Below are positions 37,132 through 47,844 of a stretch of DNA of 61,496 nucleotides, piece after piece (position 1 is the first letter of the stretch; each line of letters starts with the position of its first letter). The notes under the pieces are model-generated. The model was not told the DNA's origin. It did not search any database and worked only from the letters and a program-made list of their open reading frames with translations. Source of the DNA: Microbacteriaceae bacterium (lineage in GTDB: Bacteria > Actinomycetota > Actinomycetes > Actinomycetales > Microbacteriaceae). Both the position numbers and the translations under genes were made by a program. The stretch is taken from NCBI GenBank assembly GCA_029979375.1, contig JAPOHQ010000001.1:1-61496 (forward strand), read 5' to 3'.

Positions 37132-38535
37132 CTACTTTCGCTCCATGGTGTTCCCATGCAGCAGCAGCAGCGTTTCGGCGGTTATGGCCCGCTTGAGGGT
37201 GGGTAGGTGCTGTGACTCATTTGGACTGTGCGCTCTCGAATCTGGATCCTCCACGCCAGTCACGAGAATCTGAGCATCGGGGAAGACCTCGGCGAATTTC
37301 GAAATGAACGGAATTGAACCGCCGACTCCAATGTCAACGCTTGGCTCGGGCCACACTGCGCTCAGGATTTCGTGAGTCAGCTTGGAAGCCCAACCCTCCT
37401 TCGCAAAGAACCCCGGGCCCTGCTCGCTGTGTCCAAACTCCACGTGTGCACCAAAAGGCGCATTTGCGCTGATGTGGGCCCTGAGAAGCTCGAGGGCGGC
37501 GGTCGGATCCTGGGTTGGCGAGAGTCGCAGGGAGACCCTTGCTGATGCCGACGGCTGTGCGGTGTTGGACGAAACCACAACCGACGGAGCATCGATTCCA
37601 ATCACCGTGACCGCGCTCTCTCCCCACATCTGCTGGGAAATCGATTTTGTGCCCATGCGCTCGACGCCATCGAGCAGTCCCGCCTCTTCTCGGAGCTGGT
37701 CCATTGTTATCTCTGGGCCCGCGATCTCCTCTGACTTGAGGCCCTTGATGGCAACATCGCCCTTGTCGTCGGTCAATGATGCGAGCACCTTCACCAAAAC
37801 AGTGAGAGCATCGGGAACCGGTCCTCCGGCCATGCCGGAGTGTAGAGCGTGATCGAGGGTTCTAACTGTGAATGCCTGGGAAACGACTCCTCTGAGGTAC
37901 GCTGTTAGCGCCGCCTTCTCGGTCGACCAGTTGCCGCTATCGGCGACAATAATCAAATCGGCCTGGAGTTCGGCTTTATTGTCGCTCAAGAAGTTCTCAA
38001 ATGACTCGCTTCCGGCCTCCTCCTCACCTTCGATAAAAACTGTCACACCGATTCGCAGGTCTTCGGCAAGGGCCTTCAAGCCGCTGAGTGCGGTGATATG
38101 GGTAACGACCCCAGACTTGTCGTCTGATACTCCACGGCCATAAAGCCTCTCCCCCACAAGCGTCGCCTCAAATGGCTCAGAGTTCCATAGCTCCCGATCT
38201 CCTGGAGGCTGGACATCATGGTGGGCATAGAGAAGAACGTGAGGGGCATCACTGGCGCCTTGACGACGCGCCAAGACTGCGGGCGAACCGTCATTGCCAT
38301 CTGGTTTCTTGGAGCGCCGAACCTCGACGAAGTCGAAGATGCCCAGTTCCGTTAGCTCGTTAGCAACCGCCCTGGCAGATGTTTCCAGGTTTTCGGGATC
38401 GAATGCCGGCCAGGCTATCCCTGGAATCTTTACGAGCTTCCCTAGGATTCCCACCGCATTGGGAAAGGAGTCCTCAGCAAATTTTGTTGCCTTCTCTAGC
38501 AGGTTGCGATCGAGCGAAATTTCATCAAATGACAT
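37132..38535 (-). CDS. M20 family dipeptidase
   Basis: YAHHDVQP, GRGVSDDK, EGEEE, HSG, GGSIP, AHSPNE. Confidence 0.92.
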   Translation of the reverse strand: MSFDEISLDRNLLEKATKFAEDSFPNAVGILGKLVKIPGIAWPAFDPENLETSARAVANELTELGIFDFVEVRRSKKPDGNDGSPAVLARRQGASDAPHVLLYAHHDVQPPGDRELWNSEPFEATLVGERLYGRGVSDDKSGVVTHITALSGLKALAEDLRIGVTVFIEGEEEAGSESFENFLSDNKAELQADLIIVADSGNWSTEKAALTAYLRGVVSQAFTVRTLDHALHSGMAGGPVPDALTVLVKVLASLTDDKGDVAIKGLKSEEIAGPEITMDQLREEAGLLDGVERMGTKSISQQMWGESAVTVIGIDAPSVVVSSNTAQPSASARVSLRLSPTQDPTAALELLRAHISANAPFGAHVEFGHSEQGPGFFAKEGWASKLTHEILSAVWPEPSVDIGVGGSIPFISKFAEVFPDAQILVTGVEDPDSRAHSPNESQHLPTLKRAITAETLLLLHGNTMERK

Positions 38536-38570
38536 GCGAGTAATCTAGTGGCACATCCTGAAAGGCACAG

Positions 38571-39113
38571 ATGAGCGAAGAGACCGCGTCCGCAAAGGGA
38601 AAAGGCAGACCAACACCTTCTCGAAAAGAGCAGCAGCAGGCTAGAAAAAAGCCGCTGGTGGGAGATCGCAGCAAAGAGACTCGCGCTAAGGACAAGGAAA
38701 AGGTTCGTGCCCAGAGAATGGCCGCCCGCGAGGGCATGATGGCCGGCGATGAGCGATACCTGACCCCAAGGGACAAAGGTCCACAGCGCAGGTTTGCCAG
38801 GGATGTGGTGGACACTAGGTTTACTGCCGGTGAGCTCGTGTTGCCGATGCTCTTTGTCGTGGTCATGCTGACTTTCATTGATTCCTTCCTGCTTCAGGTG
38901 ATCGCGCTGTTCACGATGTGGGGCCTATTCGGCATAGTTGCCCTGGATGCAACCCTGGTAGGTAGAGCTGCCAAGAGGCGTGTGGCGGCGAAGTTCGGAG
39001 CCGACAAGCTGGAGGGTGGAATTGCGTGGTATGCAGCCATGCGATCGATTCAGATGCGGGCGCTGAGAATCCCCAAGCCACAGGTTGCAAGATTTCAAAA
39101 GCTAGAGAACTAG
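38571..39113 (+). CDS. DUF3043 family membrane protein
   Basis: GKGRPTPSRKE, RDKGPQRRFARD.VD.R, RS.QMR.LRIPKPQV. Confidence 0.88.
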   Translation: MSEETASAKGKGRPTPSRKEQQQARKKPLVGDRSKETRAKDKEKVRAQRMAAREGMMAGDERYLTPRDKGPQRRFARDVVDTRFTAGELVLPMLFVVVMLTFIDSFLLQVIALFTMWGLFGIVALDATLVGRAAKRRVAAKFGADKLEGGIAWYAAMRSIQMRALRIPKPQVARFQKLEN

Positions 39114-39123
39114 GGAGATAAAA

Positions 39124-40125
39124 ATGGAATTCAGATATCTAGGAAACTCGGGATTCAAGGTCTCAGAGATCATCTATGGCAACTGGCTAACCCATGCCTC
39201 TCAGGTTGCAGACGACCAGGCCATCAAGACAGTGCATGCGGCCCTAGATGCTGGCATCACCACCTTCGACACCGCCGATGTCTATGCCAACCAGGCAGCG
39301 GAGGTAGTGCTCGGTAAGGCCCTCGAGGGTCAGCGCCGCGAGGGCATTGAGATCCTGACCAAGGTCTACTGGCCAGTGGCCGAGAAGGGTCCAAACGACA
39401 CCGGTCTGTCCAGAAAGCACATCTTCGAATCAATTCACGGTTCCCTAAAGCGCCTCAAGACCGATTACGTCGAGCTCTACCAAGCCCACCGATACGACTA
39501 CGAGACGCCCCTGGAAGAGACCATGCAGGCCTTTGCCGATCTGGTTCGACAGGGCAAGGTGATGTATGTCGGAGTCTCGGAGTGGACTGCCGAGCAAATT
39601 CGCGAGGGTAAGAAGCTTGCCGATCAGCTTGGTTTTCAGCTGATTTCAAACCAGCCCCAGTATTCGATGCTCTGGCGAGTAATTGAAGAAAAGGTTGTTC
39701 CAACATCAAAGGAGCTTGGGCTCGGGCAGATCGTCTGGTCCCCGATGGCTCAGGGTGTTCTTAGCGGAAAATACCTCCCAGGGCAGCCCGCCCCCGAGGG
39801 ATCTCGTGCGGCAGATCCCAACGTCGGCGAATTCATTCAAAAGTTCATGACCGACGATGTCCTCACCAGAGTTCAGCAGCTTGCTCCGCTTGCGAAAGAG
39901 GTTGGACTGGATATGGCTCAGTTCGCGGTCGCCTGGGTGCTTCAGAACGACAACGTTTCTGCGGCCATTGTGGGTGCGAGCAGGCCCGAGCAAATCTCTT
40001 CTAACGTGAGGGCCGCCGGGGTAAAACTCCCCGCGGAGATCATGAAGAAGGTGGATGAGATTCTCGGTGACGTGGTCGTTACTGACCCAAGCAACACTAA
40101 GAGCCCTGAAGGTCGCCTCTGCTAA
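39124..40125 (+). CDS. Aldo/keto reductase (Kv-beta-like)
   Basis: YLGNSG.KVSEI, DTADVY, GLSRKH, YQAHR, GVSEW, WSPMAQG. Confidence 0.93.
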   Translation: MEFRYLGNSGFKVSEIIYGNWLTHASQVADDQAIKTVHAALDAGITTFDTADVYANQAAEVVLGKALEGQRREGIEILTKVYWPVAEKGPNDTGLSRKHIFESIHGSLKRLKTDYVELYQAHRYDYETPLEETMQAFADLVRQGKVMYVGVSEWTAEQIREGKKLADQLGFQLISNQPQYSMLWRVIEEKVVPTSKELGLGQIVWSPMAQGVLSGKYLPGQPAPEGSRAADPNVGEFIQKFMTDDVLTRVQQLAPLAKEVGLDMAQFAVAWVLQNDNVSAAIVGASRPEQISSNVRAAGVKLPAEIMKKVDEILGDVVVTDPSNTKSPEGRLC

Positions 40126-41086
40126 GAGCGCGCGCCCAGAATGGGCCGTGGTAGACAAAACCTGTGTAGCCCTGAACCAGGTCTGCGCCCGCCGCAAGGC
40201 GCGCTCTGACGTCGGAGGCGGACTCCACTCCCCCGACCGAGATAATGGCGAGCGACTGGGAGAGCGCCCGAACCTTTTGCAGCAGCTCAATTGCGCGTGG
40301 AGCTAAAGGTGCGCCACTGAGCCCGCCAGTCTCCTGGACATGTGGCCCACTGATGCCCTCTCGGGAAATCGTGGTGTTGGCAACTATCAGCCCAGAAAGC
40401 TCCAGCTCGGTGGCCAAAGCAACTACGGCCTCAAGATCTGAGTTATCCATGTCTGGAGCTATTTTCAGGAAGATGGGCGTCGCACCGGCATGCTGCTTCG
40501 TCGCCTCCAGGATTGGCCTGAGAGCTGTCACCTGCTGAAGGTCTCTCAGTCCAGGTGTGTTGGGGCTTGAAACGTTGACCACCAGGTAGTCCGCAAGGCT
40601 TGCTAGTTTCTTGGCACAAACCGCGTAGTCGCTGGCGGCCATCTCGGCGGAAGTTTGTTTGTTCTTCCCTATGTTCACACCAATAACCGGAAGCTTCTTG
40701 CCGCTATAGCGAAGCCTCTCGAGCCGAGCCGCCAGGGCGTCGGCACCCTCGTTGTTGAAACCCATTCGATTGATAAGTGCGCGGTGTTCGGCGAGCCTAA
40801 ATAGCCTGGGCTTGGGATTGCCCGGTTGGGCAAGTGGGGTGACCGTGCCTACCTCGACGTGCCCAAAACCAAGCTGATAGAGCTGCCTTATCAACTTGCC
40901 ATTCTTGTCAAAGCCTGCAGCCATTCCGATTGCGTTCTCAAACCTGATGCCAGCAACCTCCCGCGCTCGGCCCTGAATTCGCCGTGAGAAGAGTGCTGCC
41001 AGAATGCGTATTCCGATTACCCCGAGTGAGTGAGCAAACTCCGGATCTAGGCGCTTGAGGATGAGGTTGAAGAGCAGCCGATACAT
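40097..41086 (-). CDS. pyrD: Quinone-dependent dihydroorotate dehydrogenase
   Basis: AAGFDK, QPGNPKPRLFR, NRMGFNN, NVSSPNTPGLR, KIAPD, GGLSG. Confidence 0.96.
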   Translation of the reverse strand: MYRLLFNLILKRLDPEFAHSLGVIGIRILAALFSRRIQGRAREVAGIRFENAIGMAAGFDKNGKLIRQLYQLGFGHVEVGTVTPLAQPGNPKPRLFRLAEHRALINRMGFNNEGADALAARLERLRYSGKKLPVIGVNIGKNKQTSAEMAASDYAVCAKKLASLADYLVVNVSSPNTPGLRDLQQVTALRPILEATKQHAGATPIFLKIAPDMDNSDLEAVVALATELELSGLIVANTTISREGISGPHVQETGGLSGAPLAPRAIELLQKVRALSQSLAIISVGGVESASDVRARLAAGADLVQGYTGFVYHGPFWARALSRGDLQGS

Positions 41087-41526
41087 CAGTCGCGAAGCTC
41101 GTTTATTGCAGATTCAAAGTCTTCCAGCGAGTCCCATGCCTGGTAGACGCTTGCAAATCGCATGTAAGCGACGTGATCGAGGTTTCTAAGCGGCTCCAGA
41201 ATTGCAAGACCAATGTCTTGGGCCTCGATGCTGGCTGCGCCGGTGGCGCGAAGAGTCTCCTCAACCTGCTGTGCCAAGAGGGCTAGGTCGCCATCTGTCA
41301 CAGGCCTACCCTGGCAGGCCTTGGTAACACCGGCGATGATCTTGTCTCGAGAAAACGGCTCCGTCACGCCAGAGCGCTTGGTGACCATCAAACTTGCGGT
41401 CTCGATGGTGGTGAAACGCTTCTGACACTCGGGGCACTGCCTTCGCCGTCTGATGGCTGAGCCATCATCGGATGTCCGAGAGTCGATCACTCTGGAATCC
41501 GCGTGTCTACAAAATGGGCAGTGCAT
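41086..41526 (-). CDS. nrdR: Transcriptional repressor NrdR
   Basis: [24 protein letters not shown] cone, AYMRFASVY. Confidence 0.97.
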   Translation of the reverse strand: MHCPFCRHADSRVIDSRTSDDGSAIRRRRQCPECQKRFTTIETASLMVTKRSGVTEPFSRDKIIAGVTKACQGRPVTDGDLALLAQQVEETLRATGAASIEAQDIGLAILEPLRNLDHVAYMRFASVYQAWDSLEDFESAINELRD

Positions 41527-42827
41527 CAGCTCTCAAATCTAATCCGTGCCGCTTCGCCATGGGCCCCGAGACCTTCTGCATCGGCAAAGACACTCAGATC
41601 ATCAACGACTTCCCTGAGGGCCTCTTGGCTGTAGCTGATGACCTGCTGCTGTCTCAAAAAGGTCTGAACTGATAGTCCGGAGTAGAACTTGGCCTGCTCG
41701 GAGGTTGGAAGCACGTGGTTACTGCCGGCCAAATAGTCCCCCAGAGAGACCGGCGAGTTTGCACCAACAAAGACCGCTCCGGCATTTCTAATCTGAGCAG
41801 CGACATCGCGCGCGTTAGCGGTCATGATCTCGAGGTGTTCGGTGGCGTACTCGTTGGCGATCGCAATTGCCTCGAGAATCGAGGCCGTCTTGCAAAGAAC
41901 CGACTGTTGCCCTGCGAGTGCAGCCTCAACGCGGGTTCTGTTTGGGGTGTTGGACGTTTGTCGCTCAACCTCCAGGGCCACCTCAGCAATCAGCTCATCC
42001 GAATCGGTCAGCAGGACTGCGGCGGCATTCTCATCGTGTTCGGCTTGAGAAATCAGATCGGCCGCAATCAGCCGCGCATCCGCCTGAGCATCCGCGATGA
42101 TCATGACTTCGGTAGGACCCGCCTCGGAGTCGATAGCTATTTGACCTCGAAGCAAGCCCTTGGCAGTTGCGACAAAGATGTTTCCTGGGCCTGTGACCAT
42201 CCGAACGGGCTCCAACCCGATTGATTCGACTCCGTATGCCATGGCAGCAACCGCCGATGCTCCGCCAATGGCAAAGACATCAGAGACTCCCAGAAGTTCC
42301 GCTGTCGCGAGGATGGTTGGGTGAGGCAAACCCGCAAACTCTTTTTGAGGTGGCGTGCAGATCACAAGCCTTGGAACTTCGGCAACCTGCGCCGGAACGA
42401 CGTTCATGATTGTGCTGGAGGGATAAACAGCCTTGCCACCTGGAACATAGAGTCCCACCGAATCCACTGGCACATTCCGCAGCCTGACCTCGCCACCGGC
42501 TGTCGGCAGACTCAGGACCTCTGCGGGTAGCTGGTCTTGACTGACCGTCCTGACCCTCGCGATTGACTTTTCGAGTGCGGTGCGGAGCGCTGGGTCAAGG
42601 TCTTCGAGCGCCTGGGCCATATCCTCCCTGGCAACCTTGAAAGACTTCGGGACTACGCCATCGAAACGCTCAGAGTGGTCACGAAGTGCACTCTCTCCGC
42701 TGTTCTTTACTTCGCCAATGAGCTCGGCGACCTTGGTCTCAACGTCAGCGCCGCCGATTGCTGCCCTGGGAATCAGCTCGCGCACCCGCAAAGCGGTAAC
42801 CTCTCCGCTCCAAATTAGCTTTCGCAT
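41526..42827 (-). CDS. hisD: Histidinol dehydrogenase
   Basis: [44 protein letters not shown]. Confidence 0.96.
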   Translation of the reverse strand: MRKLIWSGEVTALRVRELIPRAAIGGADVETKVAELIGEVKNSGESALRDHSERFDGVVPKSFKVAREDMAQALEDLDPALRTALEKSIARVRTVSQDQLPAEVLSLPTAGGEVRLRNVPVDSVGLYVPGGKAVYPSSTIMNVVPAQVAEVPRLVICTPPQKEFAGLPHPTILATAELLGVSDVFAIGGASAVAAMAYGVESIGLEPVRMVTGPGNIFVATAKGLLRGQIAIDSEAGPTEVMIIADAQADARLIAADLISQAEHDENAAAVLLTDSDELIAEVALEVERQTSNTPNRTRVEAALAGQQSVLCKTASILEAIAIANEYATEHLEIMTANARDVAAQIRNAGAVFVGANSPVSLGDYLAGSNHVLPTSEQAKFYSGLSVQTFLRQQQVISYSQEALREVVDDLSVFADAEGLGAHGEAARIRFES

Positions 42828-42872
42828 GGCCGATTCCTGTGAGATTGAAAGATGCCCTAACCTTATCTGAGA

Positions 42873-43391
42873 ATGAATCAGAACTCCCCAGACTTCCCCC
42901 TGAGTGGAACCGAAGCCCTGCTATCGGTGTTCCGCAATCATGCCTCTGGAATAACGATCATCACCTCACGCACCACGCAGGGCGAGCCAATCGGTTTCAC
43001 GGCCTCATCGATTACCTCGCTGGGTTCTAATCCCCCGTTGGTTTCGATGAACATTGCCCAGGGCTCCTCGAGTTATGAGCACATGTCGCCCGGCACCAAG
43101 GTTGCAATCCACACCATGGATGAAAACACCGTTGACCTGGCAATTAGGTTTGCAGGCCCCAAGGAGCAAAGGTTCAGCGGCGACGAGCAGGTGGGCCCCT
43201 TTGAGCTGCCCATTCTCGAGTGCCCCTCGGTGCTAATTGGAACCGTGAGGGAGCGGTTTGAGGTGGAAAAGAATGCGGTTCTAGTGATTTCGGCGGAGCT
43301 AGCCAGCGAGGAGAAGGTCGCAAACCGACCCCTGGTTTACTTCCAGCGCGGCTACCACGTCATCGGCGACCGCATCGCAGACAATTCCTAG
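42873..43391 (+). CDS. Flavin reductase family protein
   Basis: FR.HASGITIIT, GFTASS, PPLVS, PLVYFQRGY. Confidence 0.88.
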   Translation: MNQNSPDFPLSGTEALLSVFRNHASGITIITSRTTQGEPIGFTASSITSLGSNPPLVSMNIAQGSSSYEHMSPGTKVAIHTMDENTVDLAIRFAGPKEQRFSGDEQVGPFELPILECPSVLIGTVRERFEVEKNAVLVISAELASEEKVANRPLVYFQRGYHVIGDRIADNS

Positions 43392-46300
43392 TCCACCGCA
43401 TCGGGCCCAAACAGGGCCTTCAGCTCACCGAACAGGTCGTGCCCGACGCTAACGCGCTGGGGCAGCATGAAGTGGCTGGTCTGGCCACCTGATAGCAGCT
43501 TCACCTGCACCTCAACCGGACCCGGGTGAGCCTCCAATATTGTGGCGAGTTCAATCAGCCGATCCTTCGTGGCAAGAGCCTCCGTCAGCTTGAGTTGCAG
43601 GACTCCGCCTTGTTCCCGACCGGCCTCAAGCACCTCTATCGAATATCCCTGCAGCACGACCTCGTCGTCCCTTCTGGAGACTCTGCCGCGAATGGTGACC
43701 GTGGAGTCCTCGACCATAAGCTCCCGAAACTCCTGGTAGGTCTTTCCCATGAACATCACTGTGATCTCGCCCGAAAAGTCCTCGAGGGTTAGCTGGCCGT
43801 AAGGATTGCCCGAGCTCCTAGCAATCTTGTGCTGCACTTGGGTAATCAACCCGGCCAGGGTGATGCTCTCACCGTCGGCAATTTCGGAGTCTCGCAGGGC
43901 GGCAGAGCCCATATCCGAGTGCCGCATCAGATCGGCCTCCATGCCGGCAAGCGGATGATCGGAGACATAGAGCCCCAACATTTCCCGCTCGTGGCTGAGC
44001 AGGTCGCGCTTCGTCCACTCTGGCAGCTGAGGAATCTCTATTGTTGTTGGGTCTTCCTCCATGAGATCTCCGAATAGATCAACCTGGCCAGATGCCGCCT
44101 CGCGCTTAATGACGGCGAGGGCATCGATGGCTTCGTCGTGGATGGCCAAGAGCGAGCGGCGGGTGTGGCCGAGAGAGTCAAATGCGCCGGCCTTGATCAT
44201 CGACTCAACCACGCGCTTCGTGCTGGCCTGGTTCGAGACCCTCTCCAAGTAGTCACGGAAAGATGCGAATGGCGACTGCTCCCGGGCGCTGACAATGCTC
44301 TCGACAACGTTCTTGCCGACGTTTCGAACCGCTCCAAGTCCGAAACGAATGTCATCGCCAACGGCGTTGAAGACGTGGATTGACTCATTGATGTCTGGTG
44401 GCAGGACCTTGATTCCCATCTTCCGACACTCATTGAGGTAGATCCCCAGCTTGTCCTTAGAGTCACTCACAGAGGTCAATAGTGCGGCCATGTATTCTGC
44501 GGGGAAGTTGGCCTTGAGGTAGGCCGTCCAGTAGCTGAGCACACCGTATCCAGCCGAATGAGCCTTGTTGAAGGCATAGTCGGCAAAGGGCAGCAGTGTG
44601 TCCCAAAGGGCCTTGACGGCACCCTCGGAATAACCGTTAGCCTTCATGCCTTCTGAGAAGATCTCGAACTGTTTTGCCAACTCCTCGGGCTTCTTCTTTC
44701 CCATCGCCCTGCGCAGCAGATCAGCCTGGCCAAGGGTGTAGCCGGCCACCTTTTGCGCGGCCGCCATGACCTGCTCCTGGTAAACAATCAGCCCGTATGT
44801 CGGGTCGAGAATCTCTCTGAGCGGTTCCGTCAGTTCCGGATGCACGCCCTCGGAGACCTGCTGGCCATTCTTGCGCTGGGCATAGTTGGTGTGAGAGTTC
44901 ATTCCCATCGGGCCTGGTCGATAGAGCGCAATCACAGCCGAGATGTGCTCGAATTCGCTTGGCTTGAGCATGCGCAAGAGGGATCGCATGTTGTTGCCAT
45001 CAAGCTGGAAAACTCCTAGGGTGTCGCCCCTAGAAAGGAGCTGGTAGGTGTTCTCGTCGGCATTCAGGTCGAGCTCCTCGAGCACCACGCTCTGACCACG
45101 ATTCTTTTTGATGTTTTCCAGGGCGTCATCAATCACGGTGAGGTTTCGAAGCCCCAAGAAGTCCATTTTTAGAAGACCCAGCTCCTCACAGGGTGGCTGA
45201 TCGAACTGCGTGATGATGGCGCCATCCTCTTCGCGCTTCATGATTGGTATGACATCCATCAGCGGCTTGGCGCTCATAATGACACCGGCGGCGTGAACTC
45301 CCCACTGCCGCTTGAGTGACTCGAGGCCCTGCGCCAACTCGAAAACCTCTTTGCTGTCCGGGTCACTCTCGATGAGCTCGCGGAACTCTGCTCCCTCGGC
45401 GTAGCGCTCAGAACCCGCCACCGTTACCTCATCAAGGCTCACGTCTCGACCCAGGACCATCTGAGGCATTGCCTTGGTCAACTTCTCGCCAACGGCATAG
45501 GGCTTTGCAAGGACCCTCGCGGCGTCCTTTAGGGCCTGCTTCGCCTTGATGGTTCCAAAGGTCACGATCTGTGCGACGCGGTCATCGCCATACTTCTCCG
45601 TCACATAGCGAATGACCTCTGGCCTGCGCCGATCGTCGAAGTCAACGTCGATATCTGGCATCGAAAGTCGCTCAGGGTTCAAAAAGCGCTCAAAGATCAG
45701 GTCGTGCTCCAAGGGGTCCAGCTCGGTGATGCCAAGCGCATAGGCCACGATCGACCCGGCGGCCGATCCCCGACCGGGACCAACCCGGATGCCCTGGGCT
45801 CTGGCCCAGGCGATGAAGTCTGCAACAACCAGGAAGTAGCCGGGGAAACCCATCTTGGTAATGACATCGATCTCATAGGCGGCCTGACGCTTGCGATCTT
45901 CATCAAAGCCCTTAGGGAACCTCCGGTCCATGCCGGCCCAGACTTCCTTTTCAAACCAGCCCGCCTCTGTTTGGCCCTCTGGAACCGGGAACCGGGGCAT
46001 CAGGTCTTGCTTCTCGAAGTCAATCTGGCAGCGCTCTGCAATTAGCAGGGTGTTGTCGGCGGCCTCCGGGAGTTCACTAAAGAGAGCGCGCATCTCCTTC
46101 GGAGACTTCAGGTAATACTCCTGGGACTCAAACCTGAAGCGCCTCGGGTCATCCATGTTCGTGCCGGTCTGGACGCAAAGGAGCGCCTCGTGGGCGTGGG
46201 AGTCTTCCTTCTCAACGTAGTGAAGGTCATTGGTGCCAACCAGTGGCAGTGAGAGTTCCTTAGCAATCTGAAGCAGATCGTCTCGCACCCGCTTTTCGAT

Positions 46301-46882
46301 CTCCAGGGCGTGGTCCATGACCTCCACGAAGTAGTTGCCCTTGCCGAAGATGTCGAGGAAGTCGCTGGCTGCCTGCAAAGCCTCATCAAACTGCCCGAGA
46401 CGCAGGCGAGTCTGAATCTCACCACTGGGGCAGCCGGTGGTGGCAATGATGCCCGAGCTGTGAAGCTGCAGCAATTCGCGGTCGATTCGCGGTTTGAAGT
46501 AGTAACCGGAGAGATAAGCCTCGCTGCTTAGACGGAAAAGGTTATTCATGCCGGCATTGTTTTCCGCCCACATCGTGATATGAGTGAAGGCACCACCGCC
46601 CGAGACATCGTCCCCGCCACCATCGCCCCAGCGGACCTTCGACTTTTCAAGCCTGGAACCTGGGGCCATGTAAGCCTCGATGCCGATTATTGGCTTCACC
46701 CCTGCCGCGTTGGCCTGCTTCCAAAACTCATAGGCACCATGGGTGTTGCCGTGATCGGTCATGGCGATGGCCGGCATTGCGAGCTCGGCTGCCTTCTGAA
46801 CCAGCGGCTTGATGCGCGCCGCGCCATCAAGCATTGAATACTCGGTGTGGTTGTGCAGATGAACAAACGACTTCTCTGACAC
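43388..46882 (-). CDS. dnaE: DNA polymerase III alpha subunit
   Basis: PHP domain HLHNHTEYS, GPGRGSAAGS, MPDIDVDF, KMDFLGL, YAFNKAHS, OB fold; start set at GTG 46882; no intein seen. Confidence 0.98.
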   Translation of the reverse strand: MSEKSFVHLHNHTEYSMLDGAARIKPLVQKAAELAMPAIAMTDHGNTHGAYEFWKQANAAGVKPIIGIEAYMAPGSRLEKSKVRWGDGGGDDVSGGGAFTHITMWAENNAGMNNLFRLSSEAYLSGYYFKPRIDRELLQLHSSGIIATTGCPSGEIQTRLRLGQFDEALQAASDFLDIFGKGNYFVEVMDHALEIEKRVRDDLLQIAKELSLPLVGTNDLHYVEKEDSHAHEALLCVQTGTNMDDPRRFRFESQEYYLKSPKEMRALFSELPEAADNTLLIAERCQIDFEKQDLMPRFPVPEGQTEAGWFEKEVWAGMDRRFPKGFDEDRKRQAAYEIDVITKMGFPGYFLVVADFIAWARAQGIRVGPGRGSAAGSIVAYALGITELDPLEHDLIFERFLNPERLSMPDIDVDFDDRRRPEVIRYVTEKYGDDRVAQIVTFGTIKAKQALKDAARVLAKPYAVGEKLTKAMPQMVLGRDVSLDEVTVAGSERYAEGAEFRELIESDPDSKEVFELAQGLESLKRQWGVHAAGVIMSAKPLMDVIPIMKREEDGAIITQFDQPPCEELGLLKMDFLGLRNLTVIDDALENIKKNRGQSVVLEELDLNADENTYQLLSRGDTLGVFQLDGNNMRSLLRMLKPSEFEHISAVIALYRPGPMGMNSHTNYAQRKNGQQVSEGVHPELTEPLREILDPTYGLIVYQEQVMAAAQKVAGYTLGQADLLRRAMGKKKPEELAKQFEIFSEGMKANGYSEGAVKALWDTLLPFADYAFNKAHSAGYGVLSYWTAYLKANFPAEYMAALLTSVSDSKDKLGIYLNECRKMGIKVLPPDINESIHVFNAVGDDIRFGLGAVRNVGKNVVESIVSAREQSPFASFRDYLERVSNQASTKRVVESMIKAGAFDSLGHTRRSLLAIHDEAIDALAVIKREAASGQVDLFGDLMEEDPTTIEIPQLPEWTKRDLLSHEREMLGLYVSDHPLAGMEADLMRHSDMGSAALRDSEIADGESITLAGLITQVQHKIARSSGNPYGQLTLEDFSGEITVMFMGKTYQEFRELMVEDSTVTIRGRVSRRDDEVVLQGYSIEVLEAGREQGGVLQLKLTEALATKDRLIELATILEAHPGPVEVQVKLLSGGQTSHFMLPQRVSVGHDLFGELKALFGPDAVD

Positions 46883-46908
46883 TTCACACCTTTCGATAGG
46901 CCTCAATG

Positions 46909-47844
46909 CTAAAGCCGAAAGGAGACATCGCGAAGTGCCTCGAGGGCAATTTCCAAATCGCTCGGATACTTCGAGGAAAACTCAACCGGCTGCTTGGTTA
47001 TGGGGTGCTCGAATGCCAATTTCACCGCATGCAGCCACTGCCGTCTAAGCCCCAACTTTTGGGCAAGCTTCGGGTCGGACCCATAGAGGTCATCTCCCAC
47101 TAGCGGATGATTGAAGTGTGCGAAGTGAACCCTGATCTGGTGGGTTCTGCCGGTTTCAAGGCCCACCTCAACCAGGGCGGCAGTGGGAAGTAGTTCGATC
47201 AGGCGGTAGTGAGTAACCGCCGGCTTTCCGCCTGCAGAAATAGTGAACTTGTAGTCGTGTCTGGAGCTTCGGGCAATTGGGGTATCGATGGTTCCCTCGG
47301 CGGGTTCGGGGTGCCCCTGAACCAAGGCGTGATAGGTCTTCTGCACGGCCCTGTCTCTGAAGGCCTGTTTCAAAACCGCATATGCAGCCTCGCTCTTAGC
47401 AAGGACCATGAGACCTGAGGTGCCAACATCCAGGCGCTGCACAATCCCCTGGCGCTCCTGAGCCCCCGAGGTGGTTAGCGTGATTCCGCGTGCTAAGAGT
47501 ACGCCGGGGACAGAGGGGCCAACATAGCCTTGGGTTGGGTGGGAGACCACTCCCGCAGGCTTATCAACAACGACGATGTCCGAATCCTGAAAAACAATCT
47601 CGAGCTCGGGAACGTCCTCGGCCTCTACCGCGACCTCCGATTGCTTTTCCTCGAGCTCTACCTCAACCGTTGAGCCCTCGGTGAGTCGAGAACTCTTGTT
47701 AGCTGGTTTGCCATCAACTAGGACCTTGCCGGCTTCCACGAGCTGACCGACCTGGGTTCTGGAAAGACCAAGCATCTTTGCAACCGCGGCGTCGAGCCGC
47801 TCCCCCACTCGGGCCTCTGGAACCGGAAGCAACCTACTTGGCAC
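46909..47844 (-). CDS. rluD: RluA/RluD family pseudouridine synthase
   Basis: S4 domain (ERLD), DKPAG, QRLDVGTSG, LETGRTHQIRVH, GDDLY, WLHA. Confidence 0.9.
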   Translation of the reverse strand: MPSRLLPVPEARVGERLDAAVAKMLGLSRTQVGQLVEAGKVLVDGKPANKSSRLTEGSTVEVELEEKQSEVAVEAEDVPELEIVFQDSDIVVVDKPAGVVSHPTQGYVGPSVPGVLLARGITLTTSGAQERQGIVQRLDVGTSGLMVLAKSEAAYAVLKQAFRDRAVQKTYHALVQGHPEPAEGTIDTPIARSSRHDYKFTISAGGKPAVTHYRLIELLPTAALVEVGLETGRTHQIRVHFAHFNHPLVGDDLYGSDPKLAQKLGLRRQWLHAVKLAFEHPITKQPVEFSSKYPSDLEIALEALRDVSFRL

